This document shows, piece by piece, positions 1-8,023 of a DNA stretch of 25,976 nt. The DNA is from a virus (lineage: Duplodnaviria > Caudoviricetes). Every line of letters starts with the position of its first letter. The stretch's first letter is position 1. Under the pieces are notes generated by a model. The model saw only the letters and a program-made list of their open reading frames with translations, did not search any database and had not been told where the DNA came from. The position numbers and the translations under genes were made by a program. The DNA is taken from positions 1 to 25,976 of IMG/VR virus record IMGVR_UViG_3300025751_000123; one strand, written 5' to 3'.

Positions 1-161
1 CTACGGTTACGTGGACTAATGTTATATGGTCTGGGGGAGTTACTCCTACTTTAACAGGTTCTAGTGGAAAAGGAGATGTTTTCAGTTTAACATCTTATAA
101 CGGAGGCAGTAATTGGATAGGAGCTGTGGTAGCTCAAAACTTAGACAGTACTAATTTATAA
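1..161 (+). CDS. C-terminal fragment of a tail fibre-like protein (5' truncated by window edge)
   Basis: Not in the ORF track. The frame starting at base 3 reads TVTWTNVIWSGGVTPTLTGSSGKGDVFSLTSYNGGSNWIGAVVAQNLDSTNL, with TAA at 159-161. The W..V.W.GG..PTLT...D.F.....GG..W.G pattern is typical of phage fibre C-terminal beta domains. The next ATG follows 1 nt later. Confidence 0.75.
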   Translation, partial: TVTWTNVIWSGGVTPTLTGSSGKGDVFSLTSYNGGSNWIGAVVAQNLDSTNL

Positions 162-162
162 A

Positions 163-882
163 ATGTTAACATTAAAAGGACAAAATAATTTACTGCCTTA
201 TAATACTGGTGTAGGAGAGCGTAAATATTTAGCTGTTAGGTGGGAGGGAATGAATACCACAAGTGGTACTCCCGGTTATAGCAACTCTATTTATGAAATA
301 TATTTTTTTGCTGATGGTTGGTGCGAATTAAGAATCGGTAATTGGTCGGGTTCAAATCAAGTGGCATCGGGAGTTTACACTTCTCAAGGTTACGGTTGGA
401 GTTTTGCAAATGCTGTATCTGCAGATACTTGTTACGTATTTTTCCTTAGTTCGTATACAACCTTTTCTTATTTAGCTAGTTCAGTCAATTATTACTATTA
501 TAATCACGCTTATGAGAATGGTCTTATTGTGTCAAAAACGACTTCATCTGCGAGAGCTCCATTATTAGGTAGCAGTGCAATAGCTTCAGCTAATTGGCCC
601 CCAACGGGTTGGACTAGTATGCAGTCTCAATCAGCAGATGATCAAGCTTTAAGTTTATCAGTAGTTACAAATTGGCAACAGAGTTATGATGTGTTATATT
701 CTTGGTATACCTATAAATCATTATCTGATATATATATAGTAAGTAATGGATATATAACTTTTGGTGGAAGTAGCACAGCGTATTCTGGTTTAAGTTATAC
801 AAACCCTGCGATAGATAAACTTATGATAGGAGCTAATGATAGAAGTCATCAACAAGTAGCTTGGAAAATAGGATATAAATAA
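163..882 (+). CDS. Putative virion adhesin/decoration protein with NIDO-like beta-sandwich motifs
   Basis: 239 aa, rich in S/Y/G/W. Contains VRWEG...YEIYFF.DG..E and SADD...SNGYITFG motifs. Coupled to both neighbours with 1-nt gaps in a fibre cluster. Confidence 0.55.
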   Translation: MLTLKGQNNLLPYNTGVGERKYLAVRWEGMNTTSGTPGYSNSIYEIYFFADGWCELRIGNWSGSNQVASGVYTSQGYGWSFANAVSADTCYVFFLSSYTTFSYLASSVNYYYYNHAYENGLIVSKTTSSARAPLLGSSAIASANWPPTGWTSMQSQSADDQALSLSVVTNWQQSYDVLYSWYTYKSLSDIYIVSNGYITFGGSSTAYSGLSYTNPAIDKLMIGANDRSHQQVAWKIGYK

Positions 883-883
883 T

Positions 884-1627
884 ATGGCAGTTTTACCAAA
901 TGATCCGCTTATATGGTTTGATTTTTCTCAAGGAAATTGTAATCCAGTTTCTTTGACTACCCCTAATTTAGGGACAATGGGGGGCGTTTTAAATTGTACT
1001 AGTGGGGTAACATTTAACGGTAACATTAATAGTGGTGTTATGGTGTTAAATAATACAAATAGTTCATCAGGAATAAGTGCTTATATGGATGTTTATCAAC
1101 AGTCTCTGACAGCGCCATTACATCGAGATTCTACATGGGTTATAACAATTTGTTATGCTGATACGGTTCCTACTACAAGTTTTTTCCCTCTATTTTCTAT
1201 GGGTCCTTCATGGGGTTTCGCATATATAGCTACACAGGGTTCATCGCAAATACGTTTTGGTGGTGTTCAAACTTTTGCTACTACTTATCCTACTGCAAAA
1301 AGATTTTATACTTTTATAAGAACTTCTAGTTCAAATGATTTTTTTAATGCGTGTAAAATATATGATCATTATAGTGGAAGTTATTCTTTAAATTACAGTT
1401 TAAGCGCTCCTTTAGGCTTTATAGATCAAAATTTTTTAGGAACTCCAAGCAGTAGTACAAATGGAATAATTCGCTTAGGGGCATATTATACTGCTGCAAG
1501 TGGTTACAATGCAAATCTTATGATAGGAGATTTTGCTTATTGGCCTTACGGGATGAGTTCTGCTCAGGTAGATGATGTGATAAGTTATCATAAGCATAGA
1601 TATTCTCAAAATCCAGTTTTACCTTAA
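884..1627 (+). CDS. Putative ConA/LamG-like lectin-domain virion protein
   Basis: 247 aa. N-terminal PLIWFDF and C-terminal IRLGA...IGDFAYWPYGMSSAQVDDV match the usual ends of LamG-like jelly-roll domains. Fibre-cluster context. Confidence 0.6.
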   Translation: MAVLPNDPLIWFDFSQGNCNPVSLTTPNLGTMGGVLNCTSGVTFNGNINSGVMVLNNTNSSSGISAYMDVYQQSLTAPLHRDSTWVITICYADTVPTTSFFPLFSMGPSWGFAYIATQGSSQIRFGGVQTFATTYPTAKRFYTFIRTSSSNDFFNACKIYDHYSGSYSLNYSLSAPLGFIDQNFLGTPSSSTNGIIRLGAYYTAASGYNANLMIGDFAYWPYGMSSAQVDDVISYHKHRYSQNPVLP

Positions 1628-1629
1628 AA

Positions 1630-2199
1630 ATGAATAGTACAAATTTTTACCAGATATCAATTTCAGGAAGTGTTTACGACATTTTAAATGGTCCTTCAGC
1701 ACTTCCTGTTACATTTTATAATACATCTAATTTTGATAACTTGGAATTTAGTGATCCTAGTTTATTGACAGGTTTAAATTGGATGGGGCATCCAGAAGTT
1801 GGTTTTTGGAGCGGAATAGATACAAATTCTATTCCAGAACATGATTTCACTCAAAATGTAAATTCATCTACTGAGCTAGTTCCAGAAAGTGGTTTAGTAA
1901 AAGTTACATATTTTTTAACTGAAAGATCAGATTTAGAGATATCGGGATCTGTTAATTCGTGGCAAAATCAAATAAGACAAACTAGAGACCAATATTTACA
2001 GATGACAGATTTTACTCAGTTGTCTGATGTGCCTATTTCTACTGGGTTTAAAGAAGAGTATAAGGTCTTTAGGCAAGAGTTAAGGGAGATGTTTGATGAT
2101 GTTGGCCCTACTGGAACTGGATTAGTTTGGCCTGACATGCCAACTGGAGTTCCTAATATTGATTTGCCACCATTACCTCCATTTCCACCATTGGTATAA
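1630..2199 (+). CDS. Tail fibre assembly chaperone (Phage_tail_APC-like C-terminal domain)
   Basis: 189 aa. C-terminal IRQTRDQYLQMTDFTQLSDVP...YKVFRQELREM...WPDMP matches the R..R..LL..TD.TQ..D.P...YRQ.LRD...WP..P signature. Lies downstream of fibre genes. Confidence 0.8.
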   Translation: MNSTNFYQISISGSVYDILNGPSALPVTFYNTSNFDNLEFSDPSLLTGLNWMGHPEVGFWSGIDTNSIPEHDFTQNVNSSTELVPESGLVKVTYFLTERSDLEISGSVNSWQNQIRQTRDQYLQMTDFTQLSDVPISTGFKEEYKVFRQELREMFDDVGPTGTGLVWPDMPTGVPNIDLPPLPPFPPLV

Positions 2200-2202
2200 A
2201 TT

Positions 2203-2212
2203 AGTGTAAACA
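2203..2212 (+). promoter_or_regulatory. Candidate phage late-promoter element AGTGTAAACA
   Basis: Sits in the 22-nt gap before the ATG at 2222. The same motif recurs in the other real intergenic gaps (4187-4196, 6124-6133, 8014-8023), oriented with the downstream gene. Confidence 0.6.
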
Positions 2213-2221
2213 TATAAAGAT

Positions 2222-2704
2222 ATGGTTTCTTACAGTGTACATAATTTAGCTGACGAAATATTCGCTAATGAATTTGATTATGATAGTGGATATGCGCAAT
2301 TTTATTTTATTAGTGGATGGTTGGCTAATAACATTGGCCAATTAAACACAAAAATTTATACAGAATTTGAAGTCGTAAGTGGCAATTTCACTCCAACAGG
2401 AGAATTCAAACAAGAAGAAAGAGCTATTTATAAACAAATGTATTTGTATGAATTTTATACTAAAAAGACGCGCCAAGTTTTGCGCGGCGTCGATTCTTCT
2501 GTTGATTTCGTTTCTTTGAGAGAGGGTGACACAATGATCACTCGCACAAATAAAAATGAATTAGCTAAAACTTATAGAGGCTTAGCTAACGACGCAAAAA
2601 CTGAAATGGATCAATTAATAGATTCTTATAAAATATTTCAAGCAGCTCCCATTCAGGTCGCTGGCTTTGATGGATCTCCTCTAGCAAGTGGATCAGCTTA
2701 TTAA
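2222..2704 (+). CDS. Probable head-tail adaptor/neck protein
   Basis: 160 aa with a helical pattern and a late VSLREGDTMITR hairpin followed by a helix, as in head-to-tail adaptors. Adjacent to the neck/tube cluster. Function inferred from size and context. Confidence 0.5.
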   Translation: MVSYSVHNLADEIFANEFDYDSGYAQFYFISGWLANNIGQLNTKIYTEFEVVSGNFTPTGEFKQEERAIYKQMYLYEFYTKKTRQVLRGVDSSVDFVSLREGDTMITRTNKNELAKTYRGLANDAKTEMDQLIDSYKIFQAAPIQVAGFDGSPLASGSAY

Positions 2705-2728
2705 CATAAATCAAATACACGAATAAAT

Positions 2729-2760
2729 AAAAAAACCCCGTCCGACTGGACGGGGTTTTT
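2729..2760. terminator. Bidirectional rho-independent terminator
   Basis: CCCCGTCC (2736-2743), GACT loop, GGACGGGG (2748-2755): a perfect 8-bp GC-rich stem. Flanked by A7 (2729-2735) and T5 (2756-2760), between convergent genes ending at 2704 and 2774. Confidence 0.93.
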
Positions 2761-2773
2761 GCTTTGAGAGTTA

Positions 2774-4159
2774 TTAACCTAATTTTCCAGTTCCTAGCTT
2801 GAAGAAATCGGTTATAATTGAATCTGGTTGAGGATAGCTTCCAGACATAAATACGCCAGCTGTTGTATCATTAGCACCACCTAGCTGAACTGTGTAAGTA
2901 ATATCTACAGATTGATTATCACCAATAGCTTCTGAATATGTTTCAGATACCAATTGAGCATTTTTAATTTCGTAACGTATTTTAGGATTGGGGCTTGATG
3001 AATCAGTGTCGTTAAGAATAACTGCAAAATTATATTTACTGGTATCAGCCATTGTGTCAAACAAGTTCAGCGCTTTTAGTTCAGAAACAACAGCGCTAAT
3101 ACTTAATTCCATATTAATAGGAACATCAACAACCCTTGTGTAACCAAAGACGCTACCTAATCTTTGTAAGATAGTTCTTGTTAAAGGAATTGAGAAGCTA
3201 AAAGATTGGATGTGTGCTGAATTAGCTCCGCTGATAGCTACGCCACCATTGCCTTCTGGGAATTGAATAGTAATATCGCCGGGACGAAGAGCGCTTACGG
3301 TAGAGTTTCCTGTTGTGAATCCTGTGAAGTTCAGAGATGAATAATCTGAACCAGTAAAATCTCTAGAGTAATCTAATTTATAAGCTTTACCGCTTGCAAT
3401 ATCGTCAAATTTTACAGCGGGAGTCGTGAATAAATTAACTGCTGGGCTATGTCCTGAGATAAAGGTCGCATTAGATCCTACTTCACTAGAGGCAGGTGCT
3501 GAGCTTGTGCTCACTGAAACTGGTGCTATGTTAGCATCAGTTTTAATATTAAAGGCTTCTACAGTTACAGTAGCTGTTGGGAGACCACCAACAGCAGCTT
3601 CGAAAGAGTAATCTGTGATAAATCCATTTCCAATTGACACAACGGTAGAAGTAGGAGATAGTACGTCATTTTGTCCAACGACATCTTCACCGTCTTCAAC
3701 TGTAAGAATATAAAAATTATTTCCTTGTAAATCTTGAAGAAGTCCTGATATAGATTGAGCGCCTAAAAGTCCAGTGGACATATTATCGTCTGTTACTCCG
3801 GCTCCTAACCCAGTTAAATTGAATCCCATTAATCTTTCATTATAACCATCAGTTACATAATAACTGAAATCAAGACCAACTGTGGGTGGTTCTGTAACGA
3901 GGGTATCGATACGAGCTAGTTTACCGAATTCATTAACATCTTGACGATTTAATGTGAAGTTGAAATTGCAGCTTTGAATGCGGTCCATTTTTTTCAACAA
4001 AGAAATACCTGAACCTAATTCTCCTGTGCTTATTGGCCCATATGGAGCTGATGACTTAGGCTCTGTTCCAGCAGATCCAACTCCGCTGACTTGAGCTCCA
4101 GTAGCGCTAGGAGCGATGAATAAAGCTTGACTTTGATAAATTACACGATTTCTTGCCAT
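2774..4159 (-). CDS. Major tail tube protein (internally duplicated tube fold)
   Basis: 461 aa. Two copies of a tube-like pattern (RIQSCNFNFTLNRQDVNEFG / HIQSFSFSIPLTRTILQRLG). Follows the neck genes, has its own upstream motif and ends at a strong terminator. Size similar to T5 pb6. Confidence 0.75.
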   Translation of the reverse strand: MARNRVIYQSQALFIAPSATGAQVSGVGSAGTEPKSSAPYGPISTGELGSGISLLKKMDRIQSCNFNFTLNRQDVNEFGKLARIDTLVTEPPTVGLDFSYYVTDGYNERLMGFNLTGLGAGVTDDNMSTGLLGAQSISGLLQDLQGNNFYILTVEDGEDVVGQNDVLSPTSTVVSIGNGFITDYSFEAAVGGLPTATVTVEAFNIKTDANIAPVSVSTSSAPASSEVGSNATFISGHSPAVNLFTTPAVKFDDIASGKAYKLDYSRDFTGSDYSSLNFTGFTTGNSTVSALRPGDITIQFPEGNGGVAISGANSAHIQSFSFSIPLTRTILQRLGSVFGYTRVVDVPINMELSISAVVSELKALNLFDTMADTSKYNFAVILNDTDSSSPNPKIRYEIKNAQLVSETYSEAIGDNQSVDITYTVQLGGANDTTAGVFMSGSYPQPDSIITDFFKLGTGKLG

Positions 4160-4186
4160 AATATTTTTAAGTTAAATTGTTATTTT

Positions 4187-4196
4187 TATTTACAGT
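4187..4196 (-). promoter_or_regulatory. Candidate late-promoter element ACTGTAAATA upstream of the tube gene
   Basis: Reverse complement of tatttacagt, 27 nt upstream of the ATG at 4159. One mismatch to AGTGTAAATA. Overlapped upstream by AGTATAAAC (4195-4203). Confidence 0.5.
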
Positions 4197-4218
4197 TTAT
4201 ACTAGATGTTGTGAAATT

Positions 4219-5079
4219 TTATAATCGCGGATATCTGCTAGTTTTTATTTCGAAGTCAATAAATCCTATATTCATATCAGGATTTAATTGTTTTAGATCG
4301 TTGTCTCTGATTTTAGAAGTTTCGACATCATCTATATAAAATTTTTGAGCTGAATTAGCTGAATTAACGGCTTTATAATCATATCCAGTTGGATAAACGC
4401 CGCTTTTTACTGCGCCAAACTCTCCTATGGGATGCCCAGTCATTGGGATCTTATTAAATGTTTCATTGAAAGAATCAGCAAAAGTGCTTAAAATCCCATC
4501 TAATTGATAAAGATTTTCACAGAAGGCTACAGCTTTAACGTAACAGGTTGTTAGGTCTTCTCCTCCAAAAGCAAAAGGTTGATTGTCCATTTGTTCCATA
4601 GAAACAAATACGCACGGAGTAGCTGGAGTATAAGGAGGAATATAATTTTCAGTAACAGTAAATCTGCTATTTGTGATATATTTATTTTGAATTATTAATT
4701 TTTCTTCAGTTTGATCTGTTATATAGCTATTTATTTCTTTAACAGAATAAGTTCCTGATATATCTAATCCAGTTGAAACGCCGCTATTAAAAATAATTCG
4801 ACCATTATCGAAATCAAATCTCATGCCGCTCGTTCCTGTCGGAACGAATGCACTGTCAATTGTCACTCCGCTAGGGATAGTCGCTCCAGTAATACTATTG
4901 TCATAAACCCATTGTTTATATGGAGATCCATAAACGACTTTGCTATCACCTAATCTATCATCAGAATAATTATAAAATTTTGTTGTGTATGTTTTATATG
5001 CTTCTACTTTCTTTAGTAAGAAATTATCGAACCAAAGAAAAAAACTACTCACTACATCGTGCGAAAATGTTGGTTTCAT
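4219..5079 (-). CDS. Probable tail terminator/completion protein with an inserted beta domain
   Basis: 286 aa, immediately upstream of the tube gene (the usual terminator position). PCVFVS...PFAFGGED...VKAVAF resembles the tail-terminator fold pattern. ATGA overlap with the upstream gene. Confidence 0.5.
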   Translation of the reverse strand: MKPTFSHDVVSSFFLWFDNFLLKKVEAYKTYTTKFYNYSDDRLGDSKVVYGSPYKQWVYDNSITGATIPSGVTIDSAFVPTGTSGMRFDFDNGRIIFNSGVSTGLDISGTYSVKEINSYITDQTEEKLIIQNKYITNSRFTVTENYIPPYTPATPCVFVSMEQMDNQPFAFGGEDLTTCYVKAVAFCENLYQLDGILSTFADSFNETFNKIPMTGHPIGEFGAVKSGVYPTGYDYKAVNSANSAQKFYIDDVETSKIRDNDLKQLNPDMNIGFIDFEIKTSRYPRL

Positions 5080-5660
5080 AAAGTAATGTTATTTAATTCT
5101 TTAAATTTTTTTTCGTATTTATTTATAAGAGCAGATATGTACTGAACATTTCTAAATCTTAATCCGCGATTTACTTGTTTTTTGGATTGGATGCCAAGTC
5201 CTGATCTACTTCCTCTTGATTTTTTTAAATAATATCCCAATCCAGATATACCTCTTTCAATTCCTCTCGCCCAACTTCTTCCAGCTGCCCAAGGCATGGG
5301 TGTGACGGCAAATATCATTTTAGCTGTGGGAATGTCAAACGTAGCTTTTGCAATGCCAGAATCTCCAGCAGCTAATCTAAATAAAGATTTATTCAATAAT
5401 TCTCTGATAGGTTGAATAGGGTTATAGCCAGCATCAAACCCTATAAAAGAAAATAAATTTGTTCTGCCATTCAATGTCCCTGATATATTTGAAGCATCAA
5501 TTCCAGCTTCTATTTCTCTTGTAACTGGGTGAGTCTCAAACTCTTCGATCATTTCTCTTTTTATTTCTTCAAATTTATTTTTTAATAAATTTTTTCTAGC
5601 TTTTACAAAAGTAGAATCTTTTTCTAAATCTTTTATTAATTTTTTATATGCTGGGTCCAT
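5076..5660 (-). CDS. Probable neck/tail-completion protein (basic; position of HK97 gp10/lambda gpZ-type genes)
   Basis: ~194 aa, K/R-rich, between the head-closure and terminator candidates. The ATG at 5660 overlaps the upstream TGA (TGATG) and is preferred over the TTG at 5663 used by the ORF track. Confidence 0.45.
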   Translation of the reverse strand: MDPAYKKLIKDLEKDSTFVKARKNLLKNKFEEIKREMIEEFETHPVTREIEAGIDASNISGTLNGRTNLFSFIGFDAGYNPIQPIRELLNKSLFRLAAGDSGIAKATFDIPTAKMIFAVTPMPWAAGRSWARGIERGISGLGYYLKKSRGSRSGLGIQSKKQVNRGLRFRNVQYISALINKYEKKFKELNNITL

Positions 5661-6118
5661 CAATCTTCAGGTTTTAAATATAAAGTATAATATTGATTAT
5701 CAAATAAACCGTGCGGCCTAAAAGATGAATCAACAACATATCTTTTACCATCTAAATCAATTCTTTTTGCATCTTTTATATAGCTGTAATCAGTAGCAGA
5801 AATCTTTAATCTGACGCTTCCTACTATGGCATCTATTTTAAATTGAGCATCGACGCCGGGGCTAGACCAATATTTTTTAGTTATATCGTCTTGATATTGG
5901 ATTCTCGCCTTAAAAGTCTTATAAACTGGTGTATTTATGTATGAAGTAGTACTTCCATCTCCAGTGTCATATAAAGGATTAAAATTAGGATCAGTTATAA
6001 TAACAACTTTTGAAGCTTCTTTATAAACGGTAATGTTACGAGCAAATGTTTCGTGAACATCATCAATTATCGAATTCAATGCTGCTTTCTCAGATGCTGA
6101 TATTAAGCTTGTCGCCAT
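5660..6118 (-). CDS. Probable head-closure/head-tail joining protein
   Basis: 152 aa. Beta-strand pattern FKARIQY...VRLKI...RIDLDGKRYVV...YYTLYLKP resembles SPP1 gp16/lambda gpFII-type stoppers. First gene of the minus-strand neck operon. Confidence 0.55.
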   Translation of the reverse strand: MATSLISASEKAALNSIIDDVHETFARNITVYKEASKVVIITDPNFNPLYDTGDGSTTSYINTPVYKTFKARIQYQDDITKKYWSSPGVDAQFKIDAIVGSVRLKISATDYSYIKDAKRIDLDGKRYVVDSSFRPHGLFDNQYYTLYLKPED

Positions 6119-6123
6119 ATTTA

Positions 6124-6133
6124 TATTTACACT
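6124..6133 (-). promoter_or_regulatory. Candidate late-promoter element AGTGTAAATA
   Basis: Reverse complement of tatttacact, only 5 nt upstream of the ATG at 6118. Identical to the element at 8014-8023. Confidence 0.65.
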
Positions 6134-6135
6134 GG

Positions 6136-6164
6136 TTGAAAAACTTTAGAATTATTAATATTAT
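6136..6164 (+). promoter_or_regulatory. Sigma70-type promoter TTGAAA-N17-TATTAT for the chaperone genes
   Basis: -35 TTGAAA (6136-6141), 17-nt spacer, -10 TATTAT (6159-6164); each is 5/6 to consensus. Lies 18 nt before the ATG at 6183. The AT-rich background lowers specificity. Confidence 0.55.
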
Positions 6165-6182
6165 ATACATATAGCAAAAACT

Positions 6183-7016
6183 ATGGCCAAAGTTTTACAC
6201 ACATTTAAAATTAAAAGACTTGCTGAAATCGAGGAAGAAAGGGAAGAGAAAGTGAAGAATGAGTCTGGGGAAGAAACGACTCGCACTTATAAAGAAAAAG
6301 TTTCCAAAGAAATTCCTGTTGAAATTAAAATCAATCAGCCTTCGCGCCGACAAATGCAGGAAGCTGATATGGAGTTTAGTGTCGAAATGAGCAGATGCAT
6401 TCGCAGCGGTATCTTAACTAAAGCGATGCTTTTAAATAAATATTCAGATACTGGGGGGTTGATTAGCGAGTCAGATGCTAAAACAATGGTAAATGCGGCA
6501 GATGAATTAAGAGATCTGCAAGCAGAATTAACTATTTTAAATTTAAAACCAGAATCAGAAAGAACTGATAAAGAGAAGGCTAAGATGCATGATCTTACTT
6601 CTACTATTTTAGCTAAGCGTAAAACTTTGATGGAAAAAGAAACGAGTTATATCACTCTTTTTAATCATACCGCCGATATTAAAGCTCAAAATAGAGCTAT
6701 TTTATGGTACATTTTAAGTTTGACTTATTATAAGGATGAAACTATTGGAAGCGAATTTCAACCTTTATTCCCCGGAAAAAACTTCGAACAGCGTGAAGCT
6801 GTGATGTTTGATTATGAAGATTCAGAGAATGAAATTTACAATAAATGCTATAGCAAGCTAGCTAGTATTGTGAGTCATTGGTTTTTTACTAGTAATGTAG
6901 ATAGTGAAGAATTCGATAGAATTATTCAAGAAATAGATGGACCAGAAGAACCAGAACCAGAGCCAGAAGAAGTATCAGGAGAATCAGGAGAATCCGATAA
7001 CTCAAGAGAAGAGTGA
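6183..7016 (+). CDS. Probable tail assembly chaperone 1
   Basis: 277 aa, charged and helical/coiled-coil, with an acidic tail. First of two genes directly upstream of the TMP (lambda gpG position). Call rests mainly on synteny. Confidence 0.5.
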   Translation: MAKVLHTFKIKRLAEIEEEREEKVKNESGEETTRTYKEKVSKEIPVEIKINQPSRRQMQEADMEFSVEMSRCIRSGILTKAMLLNKYSDTGGLISESDAKTMVNAADELRDLQAELTILNLKPESERTDKEKAKMHDLTSTILAKRKTLMEKETSYITLFNHTADIKAQNRAILWYILSLTYYKDETIGSEFQPLFPGKNFEQREAVMFDYEDSENEIYNKCYSKLASIVSHWFFTSNVDSEEFDRIIQEIDGPEEPEPEPEEVSGESGESDNSREE

Positions 7017-7992
7017 TTCTTTAAGAAGGGCTTTCAGGGATATTAAAAGAGGATTCTCTAAGATACACATCTTAGGGAATTCTTTTTATTTAAAGCATAT
7101 ATCTTTTGATGATCAAATAGATATTGATGATGTGTATGATAAATATTTCAAAGAAGCTCAAGATAGAGGAGTTCCTACACATGAAGAAACTCTTGAAAGA
7201 CTCAAAGAAGAAGGAGAATGGAGCGACAAGCAAGAAGGAAGAATAAAACAGCAAGAAGATTTTGTTCAACAGCTAAGAAATAATAAAAAAGTTCAGTATC
7301 TAAAAAAAGAAATTCAAAGATTAAATAAAGATATTGCTGATGGAATTAAAAAGCTGAACGAAATGAAAAATGAAAGGGCGGCGCTATTTTCGAGAACGGC
7401 TGAATCTTACGCTGAAGAAAGAGTAAATGATTTTTATATTTTAAAATGTTTATATAAAGATTCTAAATTAACAGATTTGGCTTATTCTGAAGAAGAGTTC
7501 GATGATATCGACTCTGAGGATCTGTTTGAAATTATAAAAGAATATAATAAAGTATATTCTAACATTAACGATGAATCTATTCAGTTTATTGTTTTACAGG
7601 ATTTTTACAATTTGTTCATGCCTTTTGCTGAACACGCTCATGAATTTTATGGTAAACCTGTCTGTGATTTAAGCTACAATCAATTAAAACTCCTTATTTA
7701 TTCAAGATATTTTAAAAATATTTTCAGTAATAATGATAAGATGCCTGATCACATCAAAAAAGACCCTGAAAAAATCATTGATTATGTCAATGCAAATGAA
7801 AATGCTAGGAAGCTAGTAGATAAAAAAGGAGAGAAGGAAAATGCCGCTCAAACTCTTGTGGGAGCGACAGAAGAAGATATGGAATACATTGGCTTCAAAG
7901 CTAAAGGAGAAAAAACCACTTCTCTAGCAGAAGAAGCTAAAAAGAAGGGCGGCTCACTTTCTATGGAAGATATGATGAAATTGTTTGGATAA
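6937..7992 (+). CDS. Probable tail assembly chaperone 2
   Basis: 351 aa, charged, with coiled-coil. Directly upstream of the TMP (lambda gpT position). Overlaps the previous gene by 80 nt in the +1 frame. Confidence 0.5.
   Translation: MDQKNQNQSQKKYQENQENPITQEKSDSLRRAFRDIKRGFSKIHILGNSFYLKHISFDDQIDIDDVYDKYFKEAQDRGVPTHEETLERLKEEGEWSDKQEGRIKQQEDFVQQLRNNKKVQYLKKEIQRLNKDIADGIKKLNEMKNERAALFSRTAESYAEERVNDFYILKCLYKDSKLTDLAYSEEEFDDIDSEDLFEIIKEYNKVYSNINDESIQFIVLQDFYNLFMPFAEHAHEFYGKPVCDLSYNQLKLLIYSRYFKNIFSNNDKMPDHIKKDPEKIIDYVNANENARKLVDKKGEKENAAQTLVGATEEDMEYIGFKAKGEKTTSLAEEAKKKGGSLSMEDMMKLFG
6942..6992 (+). repeat. Short in-frame tandem repeats (CCAGAA/CCAGAG units; TCAGGAGAA x2) in the gene overlap
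   Basis: Sequence ccagaagaa ccagaa ccagag ccagaagaa gta tcaggagaa tcaggagaa. Encodes PEEPEPEPEEVSGESGE in one frame and QKNQNQSQKKYQENQEN in the other. Confidence 0.6.
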
Positions 7993-8013
7993 CATGAATT
8001 TATATTATTTTTT

Positions 8014-8023
8014 AGTGTAAATA
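8014..8023 (+). promoter_or_regulatory. Candidate late-promoter element AGTGTAAATA upstream of the TMP operon
   Basis: 7 nt upstream of the ATG at 8031. A partial second copy AGTGTAGT (8023-8030) follows it. Confidence 0.65.

Noticed and set aside
2467-2491. GC-rich imperfect inverted repeat (gacgcgcc...gcgcggcgtc)
   Set aside because: It lies inside a coding region, pairs imperfectly and has no U-tract. Explained by the codons for TRQVLRGV.
4197-4225. Plus-strand TATAAT at 4220-4225 as an antisense sigma70 promoter
   Set aside because: There is no credible -35 at 17 nt (TTATAC). The hexamer overlaps the minus-strand stop codon and is expected by chance in AT-rich DNA.
6776-6782. In-phase slippery heptamer A AAA AAC in the first chaperone gene (candidate G/GT -1 frameshift)
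   Set aside because: The -1 frame reaches TGA within about five codons, and the second chaperone is in the +1 frame, which is also closed by stops before 6937. It cannot produce the fusion.
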